Shown here piece after piece: positions 45,352-58,323 of a stretch of 64,000 bases of DNA. The stretch comes from Trichoplax sp. H2. Taxonomy: Eukaryota. The notes beneath the pieces are model-generated. The model saw nothing but the letters and a program-made list of their open reading frames with translations. It was not told the DNA's origin and ran no database searches. The stretch covers positions 930,001 through 994,000 of the forward strand of contig NOWV01000010.1 in the NCBI GenBank assembly GCA_003344405.1. The letters are read 5' to 3'. A program made the position numbers and the translations under genes. Position 1 is the stretch's first letter. Each line of letters opens with the position of its first letter.

Positions 45352-48300
45352 CTAATTAATATTTTTTATTAATACTTCCGACTTCTTTAGCCTTAATTAC
45401 GATTTACACAATAAGTTTTTCTCTCCTTTATTCCTTGTTAATTTTAACTTAATTTAGTTTCTGTTCGTTAATTTTGAATGATAGTGATTACTATCATCCT
45501 TATATCATATTTTACTAGACCAAAATGCTCAACACAAAATGTACTCTTGGTTTTGTTTCTTAAAAAATAAGATTCTATTCGCTAGGTGACCTTATGGTTT
45601 TATAAACTGTATTGTTTATTGAACAGTCAATTTAATAAGTTAGACGCTAATTATAGGAAATACTGTAAACTCAAAAATGATCACTCTATGGTGTAGTTTA
45701 CTACCGCATTAACGAGCGATCCTAATAATGTCGAAACAGTAAACAATAACTAGTTTGAATTCGGAACATTAATTATTTATGGCCATATCTTCTATACACA
45801 ATAACTTTACAAGATGAGTTACAGAAACAAACAGCTGCATACTAAAGATTGCAATTGTTAACGGAAAGAGGATAAAAAAGGATAATGTATTACTTAATAT
45901 GTTGTCAATGGCCGGCTTAGAAGTAATTTTGAAACATAGGATTATCTTATGTCACTATCAGTCGTCGTTTATTCGCATTACCTGAGCTATGATGATAAAA
46001 GGATAATTACATCATCATCTTTTATATAAGTATCTTTTTAAAACATTACGGTATATCATTAACGATGTATTGATGTATTAATAATTGTAATATCGATCTT
46101 AATTTTAAGATAATAAATTAGCGTCATCATTCAAATTCACCTATTGTATAGCAATAGAATAAGACATGAACACATCAACAATATAGAATAGAATTATATT
46201 ATTGTAGGATATAAAATTTACATCGCTAATCAACGTTTAATTTAGATAACTCTATAGATAATAAAACCCATCAGAATACAGGTGTTCTCATGATCTTAAT
46301 AGAATGAATTTTTCTAACGGCTATCGGCCTCTTTTAATTGATATCCAAATTAGTATAACAATATAATTTTTAATTATAGCAGTGTTTCTTATTAATAACT
46401 CAATAATGAGCAATGACCATAATCAACTAGTTAAGTATATCAACACCTAATAAGTTATATTACGAGTCCAAATATCGGTTCTTTTCTTCTATTACAATTT
46501 TGGAAGTGTTTTAATTTAAACTTATTAGATATTTACAATGATGAGCCTAGTTTACATGATAGACTTTTCCATTAGCTATATTTTCAGTAATAGGTAACGT
46601 CATCGTATCGAATAATCGCGCTTTTCAAGGGCTAATTAAGAAGATGATATCATTGTTTTCTATTGATTTCTATTACTATTTCTAAATCACAAGATGGTAA
46701 CATACTATAATATTCAAGTCATAGACACTCCCCCTATTGAAACAAGCGTAGAAACTAATTAATTGAGTAATCCAAAATTGTATTTCCTATTGATGCAACG
46801 GTCACTATTTGCAGTTTCTCTGTGATTATTATTGTCGATATACCAATCTACTGCTAGTTGGCGACTAAGTGGTAGATCTTGAGTTAACTTGAGATGTGAT
46901 TGTCGGAGAAGCTGTAAAACTTGACATAGTCGCAGACTGAAAAGTGCTAAAATGTACGTCTAAATCAAGCTAATTGTGCTCATACTGCTGTAGATCTATT
47001 TAGTAAGGCGATAGTTAACACTTTAATATATTAATTTATGCCGTAATTTACTATCGTAGGAAACACGATGAAACCTTTAACGATGTTTTCATAACGATTT
47101 GATAGCACCTGTAATTAGCAAAACAGCCTGTTTATAAAAAAAATAATAGTAAGTATAATAAGCAATCTTCAAGGCGATGTCTTTATTTTGGTTGTTACGC
47201 AACAAATATAATTAATACAAAAAGGATAACAATAAATCGAAGAAATAATTATGGCTTATATACAATATGCCTTGTATGAAAGCGTAAATAGAACAACCTC
47301 TGTTTAAGACAGAGTACTTTCTCTTGGTATTTTAACAACTTGATGATGGTATACCAATTGCATTATAATTATACTAAAATATTATTATATTACAATTCCG
47401 GTTAATCAATCCTTTCAGAGTTAATTATTGACTTTACCCCTAACCATATGGCTATTATCATTGATAATAATTAATAACTGATGCATTTATTATAATGACA
47501 TTCTTATGCCATTACGAGGCTACTGAAGGCATCATGTACCGTATATTGTAATAGGAAAATAGCTTTAGAATGCGAAGAAAAATATATCATAACGATGAAT
47601 TAAATAACGAAAATTTCATAGGTGATTGATCAATATTTTTCATTTGTTTGATGCACCTAAGTCATGTTTTGCAGATCATGTTACTCGATAGTTACTTTAA
47701 CAAATAAAAGTTACAAAATCCTATCAAGATACCTAAATTAGGTGGCGAAATCAATGATACAACTTGATTGATCCAAATCTAAAATCATAGTTAATTGAAA
47801 CATAAAGTAAGACTCCACGCCGTGATATTGCTATATTTAATTCTTAAAAACTGATGGGAATCCATTGCAGTATTGCGCTAGGAATTAGTATCAGAAGTAC
47901 TTAAGTCCTAGCGCAAATACGCGACACGGTATGGACAATAGAGGTTATATTACATTTATTCTTAATTTTTTCCCGATTCTTACAATCTCAGGCCGTAAAG
48001 CAACCAATAGAAGAAGTTCTACCGGATATCCTGCATCGCTAAGCATGTCAATTTCAATTGAGTAATTTAGTAATAACAAAAAACGCTTTGAGTATAACTG
48101 CATAATTTACTCATGATGATTAGTGTTTATTAATTATTTTATCAAACATTGTAAAACGATGTAATAGTTAATTAGCAATTAATCAATCGCTCATGAAATA
48201 GTTGCTTAACATTAAATATCTGCTAGAAAATTTATCACTAGTCCATCTTCCTTTAAACCGAAAAAGACTTTGATACTTGTCTCTACGTACCGAGTTCAAT

Positions 48301-51300
48301 CAGTAATATAGAAAAATGCGTCTAATTCTAAACACCAAACTCCTGAGTGCGGAATAAATTGCGGGTACTATTCATTACTACTAGCTTAAGTACAACCCCT
48401 TAACGTATTGAATAAGGTGCTTCAGCATCCTCTCTATTCGACTAATACTTTAAGGCGCTATTAAAAATATTTCAATATAAGAATGGAGCGTTTTTGTTAC
48501 TACTTGAGCTGCACTCGAGCACTTCATCGTGCCATACTATGGTACTTACCTAGAGCTTCTACAAGAAAAGGATGCTAAAAAATACGAAAGAGTTCATGTA
48601 GCTAATTGCTAATATGAAAAGTAAATACCTGATCCATCTATTGAAGGTTGAAATAGTTCAGATAATAGTAGAACGTATATGTAATCATTAGCAATGACAG
48701 TAAAGTTATTTTAGATTATTTCAATGAAAACCTTTCAACGATAGATTTACAAGATCCTGCATAGTATGCAAGTCATCAAACAACAGAGTTTTACTAAATG
48801 TTTCTCAGATACAGTAAAGTATTTAATCAACCATTAAAATTTTGTCGCATCACAGGTAATTTCGAATAGCACTATTAGTATCTACACTTGATGAACTTTT
48901 ATGTCAACATTAGCGCCTACTTCCACAACTGCATCATTTCACGTACAGTACTATAAGGATAGTGAAAGTCATAATAATTCATTAACTTACCAAATTATTT
49001 TTTACGCATAATAAAATCAATATATCGTACAAAATATCTAAATCTATAAGATCTACGTTATTGAAATTATATAGACTAATTAATCTAATCCTCCATCGCA
49101 TTATTGACTGATCATGCCTCATCTTGTGAAAAGAATCTCTATATAAACGTATTAATTTTTTGCATTTCATGATCAATGCCATTATCTAGATGAACTTGCC
49201 AGTTTATCATTATACTGAGTTAGAGATTATTATATACTAATACTAAATTGTACTTGATTCAGCCGAATAGTATCTGGTATCTATTGCAGATAAAACTTTT
49301 ACAGTAACTCTATCTAATCAAGTCAAAGTTGTAGATATTGAATTAAGATAGTATTTTTACTTTGGTACACACTCAAGAGTGCCTTTAAAACTTGTCATGG
49401 ATCGTCAGTAATGGATAAAATAATTCAATAAATCGTGGTACTTAGATGAATTTTTAGGTTAGAACCTGGTTGATAGAAATATTAACTAGTTGTTTATGAT
49501 ATATTTAGTAAGGATATACAGTATTACATGATACGTATATTTATATTTTACGCAATAATTAATAATTATGATTATAAGTTGCAATATATGTATATTTATT
49601 TATTCCATGATTCTCGGATTTAATGATAAAAACTGTTAAATAACAAGCTGATTAATTTTGAAATGATAATACAAATGTACTAGTTTACTAGACTTTATTT
49701 TGCAGTTAATCATTTAATAAGATTGCTAAATAATTTATGACTTATTGCGCAAAGCTTGAATCATTCCATAAAAGAAAGTTAATACCAAATTGACAATTAA
49801 TGAATAAAAAATGTTATTGATCATGACTGTTACTATCGTCAACGAATTTAAGAATTACTGTACTCTGCTTTTACTCATACGTCGCCTTTTGCTATGATAC
49901 CCTACTAATAGGTAGAAACATGACTAATAAATCTATAGTAAGCTAATAAATCATTGTATTCTATATCTTTATTGCACACAATGAACTATTATAACGATAT
50001 TACTGTAGCACTAGGATAGGCAAAATAGATCATTGTTAGCAAGGAAATATAAAACTGTAACAAGAGGCATAACAGTAGATGACATAATTTTTTATTTACT
50101 ATATTAAACAATTACATAATATCTTTAAGCATTATTCGAGGAATATAATATTTTTAGCATTGTTTAAAACTGAACGAAATCAATATAATTTACAGGATAG
50201 GTAATAATAATCAGGCATTACATGACGTATAAAAAGTATTATTTGAAAATAATTTTATTGCTAGCGTGACTATTGCTTAGAACTATTTTACGATGTGGAT
50301 TAAAATTGGCTATCGTGATAATATTCAACTCGGTGAAAAAAATTTTCATCATTCATTAAATGAATATACCAGTACGATATTAAACAGCTTAAAAACCATA
50401 ATATCGTTTATCTATCATCAATACAACTCGGTGATTGAGCGATACAACGATTACTGTTCAGAACAAAATTTAGTTACAAATTGATAAGTAATAAAATTAT
50501 ATAATAATGACTAAGTAACTATAGCGATTACGTAAAAATCATTGAAACAAATAATCCTTATGATGACATCAGTGTCATGGGAATGTACACTAACACAACC
50601 ATCTCTGTATTCATTGCATAGTAAAATAATAAGAAAGGGCCGTTACATATGTTGATTACTCATTGATAGTATTTAGAAGAATGTTTAACTATTGTTAAGA
50701 TAAATTACAATAATACTTATCCTCAGACAAATAGTGAGATCTTAGTTATTTAGACTAAAGTTTTTCCTTAATGATAAATTGATTTTATATCCGTATCTGT
50801 CATAAAAGTAATTGCATCTTGTACAGCCGTGATCTATCAAAGTATCGAATTTTATAATTTAATTTATCATCTAATATGATTAGGAAAAAGTTCTGTACCA
50901 CATTATAGAACAAATTCTATTTTAAATATCTTACTACAGTATACAAGTAGACGTGATAATACGGAATCAATAGTCTACAGATGGTTTTTTATTGTAACTG
51001 ATTTAAGAGGCATACTGCATGCTAACGCTAAGATTAACAACGACTCTACTGTACTGTATATCTGAATGATACAATGAAAGAGTCGGTTCTATAATAATAA
51101 AAAATTTGTTTAACTATTAGGCAAACGATCATCAATAAGATCATTGTACTAATAATCTCAGACAAGGAAATAAGCAGCAAGTTTCCATCATTTTATATTA
51201 TTATTCTATATTAAGTTTAATTTGGTGAGAAAAAGACTTAAAATGTTCTTGCCAAAATTGATTAGCGATTTTAAAGGAAGAAATGATAGAAGATGGTATA

Positions 51301-53503
51301 TTGACATATAAAATTTAATACGCGTACGTTGATTTTTAAATGGCCAAAAATGTCAATCTTATTCATAGATCATGACAAGAGGAAGACCTTAACGACTTGT
51401 GCTAAGAGCTAGTCAATATCTTAAACATATAATACCCTTTTATAATCACTGTAGAGTTGACCTTATTTCCTTTTGAAGGCAAGTCTATCGATAAATTAGT
51501 TTGCATTAGGCATAAACGATAAATAGACTTATAAAATCATCCCTTATCTGGTCTATTGATTAATACCATAACAATAGTGTAGTAAATATCAGTATGTAAT
51601 TGTTCTCATTAGAAGTAAAATGCTCTCTTTCCTTTCTCAGTCACTGACGTCAGGAGAAAAATAAATTTAAAAACATTACAGTAATAGAATTGCGATAAAG
51701 CTAATATTAGCATGTTGTATTATTATTTATCTGTAGGTTGTCTTAATTAAATTTGATCTACAGTACATGAGATAAAATTTTTAATCTTAAATGATTTTTA
51801 AGGATATACTCGTAGATCAAATAATTAAAAAATAGAAGCCAATTTAATAATACGGTATGTCTCAATCTATCTTTATATATATATATCTCTCTCTATATAT
51901 ATGCGTGTATTTGAATGGATAAAACCATTAAAAGATGTGGCTAAATTTATTACTTAAAGGAACAAAATGTAATCAAAAATTGATATCTCTTCATTGATTA
52001 TAGCTTACTTGACAACAGTAGAATGTAGCATTTAATAGCTTTCTTATCGCTTTTAATCGAAATTAAATAATGGCGACGCTATAAAGAAATCAACAACAGT
52101 AAATTTTATTTATCTAGATGAAATAATTCTAATGCATGTATATCGCCTGAGATCAAAAGGCTCTACCATGTTATGAAAGATCTGATTTAATATAAGATCT
52201 ATTATAAATGTTACGAGATTGGTTTGGAGACACCCAACCTACATAATTATATTATCTTATTCAATAACGGATTCAAAGTATAATATTCCCATGGAATCAG
52301 TATGGAGAGTTATTTAATCGATCAAGATAAGCTAAATGATAATTAAAGAGTAAATTGCGGACGGGTATCTTGAGTCATTTCTATTTTAACGTGCAGATCA
52401 TTTTTGGGAAGAATAAAATGACGGCCTATTGCTATCCTTTAAAATGATTAAGGGATAATTCAAATAGTTGTTACTTAATACGAGATAAGAGTCACTATTT
52501 GTGAAAAAAGTCACAAGATAGTAGCGTAAGGTATACATTTGGAGACATTTTATGTCAATATTGTGAAGGCATCAATTATTTTTTATGCATCATTTTCGTT
52601 CAGGCTAGGCGTCGGCTTGTTAGTTGATCGCTACGTGATTAAGTCATTAAGTATATTTCCGATAGCCTATTTGATGATACAACCTGTTGTTGAATGTCCT
52701 AAAGTCTCAACCCCTGTAATTCTTATTTTGCTTACGTAAACATTGAAGCAATCAGTGTAATTGGTCATTTTCTATACAAGATCAGTGATTTCAAGTAGAT
52801 TGATGCTTTCAACTACAGAATCGGTAGACTAGATTAGATAGAAGTAAGTCAATTTTAACTTTCGATGTCTGGGTTGCTTGCTTTCTCTCACCGTTATATT
52901 GTACACGTCTGTAAAGAAATGTAATCATAGTAACAATGAATCAGCAATAGGGTGGATTTATCGTGCAAGAAGAGAAAAAAAATGGATTGTTCATGATGAT
53001 TATTAATGGATATTGATCATTCTATTCGACAATTACTAGGAATCATAACTTAGGCTATTGGTACTTTACAGGTGCATTAATTTTTTGTTGCTTTAGATAA
53101 AGATCGACTATAAATTGTATAGGGTTTAATTTTCAAGCATAACAATACACTTGCTGTCCATGTTGTTGTCATCATCGCTGATTGTAATTTCATGCTATCG
53201 GTCGTGCTAGCGACACCGTTGTCAACGTTGTAGGAGATGATGATTTTTTTTTCCCCCCTTTTTGGATATCCTATGTCAATCCCCATTTAATGATGTTATT
53301 TGTCAACTGGTATTGACATTAGAAACAAGAGGCAGTTGACTCACACGCGATTTCCACACTCTGTTCATTCAACACCCACTAACGGTTGTATTGTTAGATG
53401 ATCGATGATCGATCAGGATAAAAGGTGCCTATTGAATGCAGTAAGACATTCATCAATTGGATAGAATAACGGTTATCTAGAACTCGGCACGCGACCAGCC
53501 CCT

Positions 53504-53538
53504 ATTGGTCGGTCAATATTTTCCCACGTCTTGATTGG
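53504..53538. promoter_or_regulatory. Paired CCAAT boxes 30 bp apart flanking a CCACGTC element; candidate promoter
   Basis: ATTGG at 53504 and 53534, CCACGTC at 53524-53530, upstream of the 54455 gene. Confidence 0.35.
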
Positions 53539-54454
53539 TCGAAGGGTATGGGAACTAAGGCAGTTCTGTGGGAATAAACACCTGGTCCTAGTAATAACAT
53601 ATTAACAAGTTGAATTATACTAACTAAGTAGGCTTGATACCAGGAGGAAAGTAGATTCAATTTCTTTGCAATAGCTAGCTAGAATGATGGGAAAAGATGC
53701 TTCTGCATCATATGAGCTAGCAATCAACGGCAGTCAGCGTTTTTTCTAGCTTTCATTCTCTTCTACATGGATTTCAACTAGCTACATTGAGAAATCCAAC
53801 CGTTAAATTCAATCAGTTGGAGGACATTATCATGTGATTGTTGTTCCCTCCCCTTATTGGTTCATTTAGGGAAAGGAAACAAGCAATGATGATAAAGTAA
53901 ACACAAGCATGAAGATTGCAAATCTCAGGTTAACACTCTTCCAATCAATGGTTCATCACTTTGCAAATCACTGGAAATTAACACATTGACGTCAAGTTGA
54001 TGCTAGCGAAGATTGTAATGATTGCAAGCATTCAACACAATTGATTAAACTTGTTATTTCCACCATATTCTAAATCCAGCAATCAAAAGACGCCAAGAGA
54101 ACTAATCACGTGTCCATCACTAAACAATACTAAAGTGGTAAGATTTCCCGCCAGTTACCTTGAAAGAAAGGATATAAAGTCTCCATCGAAAACAATCTTA
54201 TCCCATTAGATTTGTTCATCGATTAGCAGCAACATCGATAGACTGTCATTCTACTCCTTGACCTCCAACTAACTTACTTGATAGTCCAACCTTTCAACTC
54301 TACTCTATAAAAAAAAATTGCATTTCACCAATTTATTACAGATTAATTCGTTCTCATCAATTGATCACTCTTGATTACTTTGATAGATAAATTCCACTTT
54401 ACATAGATATATTTTTCTCTCTCTCTCTCTCCTTTATTGGTCCTGCAATAAGAC

Positions 54455-57400
54455 ATGGAATTACCATTGACAACGGATTCACATGATGCCACACAATCAA
54501 CTGGTGGTATCAATGGCGATGTCCACTTTACTCCAACCATGATAAGTCAAAAAAGGAAAAGACAAGATGAAGATGATCCACAACAGCAACAACAGGTGTT
54601 GGCAACCAATCAACCCATCGATTATAATCAATTACCGTTATGTAGTGGCCGATGGCTAGCTCTCGATACTCCCTTGACTGTCGAACAATTACGTGATCAA
54701 GTACGTAAGCGAAAAAGTTATGAAAACAATCAAAGTATGCGAAAACGTTTACGAATCACAGGTACAAAATGCCAATTATTACAGGAATTACGCAGTTATG
54801 ATCATGCTAAGATGGACGCTATCAAAGATGAGATACAAGATTGGGATATCCATCAATGCTTAGATCGCTTAATAGCTTGCTTACATGATGAAATTGATGA
54901 ATACTATGTTGCACCATTACTGCGCCGTCTATGTAAATTGTTGCAAGTTTATCATGCTGATTTATACGCCGGCCAAGTTAAAGAAGAATTAAATGTTGAT
55001 ATGATTGGTATAAATCTTTTCCAGGAAGCTTGCTTTCGCAATTTAGATTTTATCTTATCTTGTCCACAAATGAACAAAATTTTATACCAGGATAAATTAA
55101 TCGCTCCTGCAGCAATTGCACGTCAGGTTAAAAATCATCAGCGTCAACTTGCTGTTGAACAAAATAAATTAACAGCCACACAAGCACAACAACTAGCAAG
55201 TGTTGACGATTTAGCGGTTGCAAGCGATCAAAGTATGAGCTGTTATAGCCTCTTTCCTACCGCTATCTTGACACGCATTGTCCGCGATCAATCGGGAAAA
55301 TATGACCGCGATCGAGCATTAAAACGCATCATTCAACTATCTAAAGATACATTAACGCGTGAATCATGTGGTATGGCATTATCCGAAGCTGTCTCACGAA
55401 TTTGTCATTGCTATCAACTTAAAGATAAACTTCTCCAATATGGTATTCTTGAGTGTGCCGCCATCAATTTCAAGGATGATCCAATGTGCTCTCAACACTT
55501 TGCCCAGTTTATGGATTCTCTCAATTGTAGCGATTGGCGTCAACAAAGTTGTGATACACTAATAACTGTACTGGAATACTTTGTCATCCCAGCTATTGAA
55601 GGCTACCATAATCATGTACTCGATATCGATTTTAGTGATCAAGCATTTTGTGTTGCTCATCGATTATTCTCCTCGCTTCAACAGCCACAAACTATGGCCA
55701 CGATTATGGAAAAAATTAGTGATAAACATCCTATTCTCAGTTATATGAAAGGCCAATTGAACGAAGATAGCCAAAATTTACGCGGTAAGTCCTCCTGATT
55801 AATGTTAATTAAATATAAGACTAAGGGATTAAATATTTTTTTAGTTTTGTCTTTTTTTTGTTTTTCTGTTAATGCTCTTTACACACAGACACACACTCAC
55901 TATAGATTACTCAATTTACCAGATAGTAAATTGAGTAATCTAAATTATCAATTTTTTTATATCTTAAATCAGCCTGACTTTTAATGAATATTACATCTTA
56001 AGAAGTAGTCTACCGATAGTTAGACTTCAATGTTAATCCAATCGATGGAAATTGAACTAGACATTAGGAGACACTTTAAAATATTTTATTTAACACCCTT
56101 ATAATTAGACCGATCAACTTAACTCGTGATGTAGACATGAACATTTCAGACAAATTTTTTTTATAATTAGTGTCTCTAGCGCAATAATATTTTCTTTATA
56201 TGTTAATATAGATTGAATTAGATAGCGCAAAAAATAACATAAAAATAGAAATAGTCATCATAAGATTGATACATGATAGATTGGATACAATTTTGAATAT
56301 CATCAAATATTCATTAGCTATTTGTGCATAATTCAATTTAATATAGTAAATTGTCATGCGGCATTGTTCATATTTTGCCTTTCATGACTGAAACTATGAA
56401 TATATCAAAGTTTTATATCATGACATGAACGATGTTAGAAAATACTTTTTTTCTCTCTCTCTTTCATATTCACACGCACACAGCCTCTCTCTCCCTCTGC
56501 ATGCCTTACTTTTATAATTTAGTTCAATCAGTCTTTTTCGTCGCTTATTCCATCATTTCTAATTATCAACAATACCTTGATAATATTGATGATTATTTCC
56601 ATTCAATGGAATGCTTGTTTAAAGTTCTCGTCATCTACGTTGATGGCTGCTTTGCATTCTCTAAGTTAGCATAGCCCTCTAGCGAGATGAATAATATCCT
56701 AGTTGAATGATGATTGTTGATGATTATGCTAACTAATCAATGATTGTTGTCTAATCATTAACTTGCATCCCATTACGTTAATGTTGACAATTTTATTATA
56801 ATGTTTTGTCTTGGTTAGCATTACCTTTATTGTTAGGTAGTTAACAATAGAATACAAGACAAGTTTATTATTGGTTATAGAATTGATTTTTCTCATCAGT
56901 TTAGCATTTAATCAAGTTAAAATTGAATTTTTAACTTGGACTCTATTATCCTATATTGTCCAGTCGAGTCAATTTGTTGTCTGGGTGTTTTTTTTACTTC
57001 AATTCTATTTATCGTCTTATACAATTTTAACTACTTGAGTGATCGTATAAAGCTCGAATTGAAGGAGTTCATAAAGAATTGTTAAGTAATAACACAAGTG
57101 TATACAGGTTGTACTGTACTTCTCTATGGCCAGTAGAATGAGATAGAAAAAGACTATTTCTATATAGAATAATAAGAAAAGAGATAGAAGATGACGGATT
57201 AACTTGTTTAAACCTGTTTGATCATGAAATTTTAAATTTTCTATCGGTTATTGCTTGTTTTTTTTCCCCCCGCTTGCTACTAGCACACCCGATTCCACGC
57301 TTTGGAATCTCTTTTTACATTTTTCTTTAGCGTCTGCATAGTTAAAAAGATCAATCACGCGCTATAAAATACAATGCTAATGATTCTCATCCAATACGAT

Positions 57401-58323
57401 TTGACGTCCTTTACATACCTTAATTTAATATTATTCCTATTGGGCGGGACAATCTGCTCACACGATTTCTGATTCGAGATGAGCGAGAGCCTTAAACGCT
57501 AATTTGCAATTAGTTTAGCGTCCTTTTCCTTGCATCGACCAATGAAAAAATTTGATTACTGTCATGATTGAAATAATCATTTCCATTGATAGTCATCTTC
57601 TACCGTAGCGTCTGTTGATTAAATCAAGTGTTTTATTATAGACAACATCATGGGGATAAAAAATGAGGTTAATTAAAATGAGAATACATCACTGTTACAA
57701 CAGTTAGGAAACAAATCGATTGTATTTCCCCCATGGTTCCTCTTTAAATTTACTTTTTTACCACGCTATTGTACTGACAGTCAGCTTGTATTCCATTCGT
57801 ATTTTCAAAATATTACCGTATAAAATAATAAAATAAATTTCCTACTAGTTCTGTTTCCCGTCTTTAGTATATCCAGTTGTTTATAATAACTGTTCCCAAA
57901 GGGGGGGGGGAGATTTAGAGACGGAGAAAAAAAGAGAGAAAGTAAGAGAGAAAATAACGTTGACGATAAATTGATGACTGCTTTTCTTTGAAAATAATCA
58001 GTACTCTATATTAGATTTGAATGGTATAGAATGACGAAATCAACTTATAAATGACATTAGTCGAATTGCTTATCTAATCAAAATTTTTATTTATTTCTAT
58101 CTTATTGATGATAGGCATTGAATTAGGAAATATGATCGTAGAACACCTTGAAAATTGGTCTACACTTTCTCAAGACCATCCAATCAAATTGAAACATCGT
58201 TGGTTAACTTACTCGGATAGTATTAAGAAGGAATTATCCTCTGAATTATTTATTCGTTTAAGTAAAATTTCATCCCCTAAAAGGCAAGAGACCGATTACC
58301 TATGTGAAGATAAACAAGCATAA
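54455..58323 (+). CDS. Orphan protein of about 512 aa in two coding exons (54455-55784, 58115-58323) with basic NLS-like clusters, a SAP-like motif and a helical C-terminus
   Basis: 447-codon ORF in AT-rich DNA, preceded by a (CT)n pyrimidine tract and AG; donor G|GTAAGT at 55784/55785 is phase 1 and matches acceptor atAG|GC at 58114/58115, which continues open to TAA at 58323. Confidence 0.75.

Noticed and set aside
45958-46018. Minus-strand ATGATGA...CTGA with partial complementarity to 18S (TCGTTTATT)
   Set aside because: The guide is short and mismatched next to the D box, and no clear internal boxes are present
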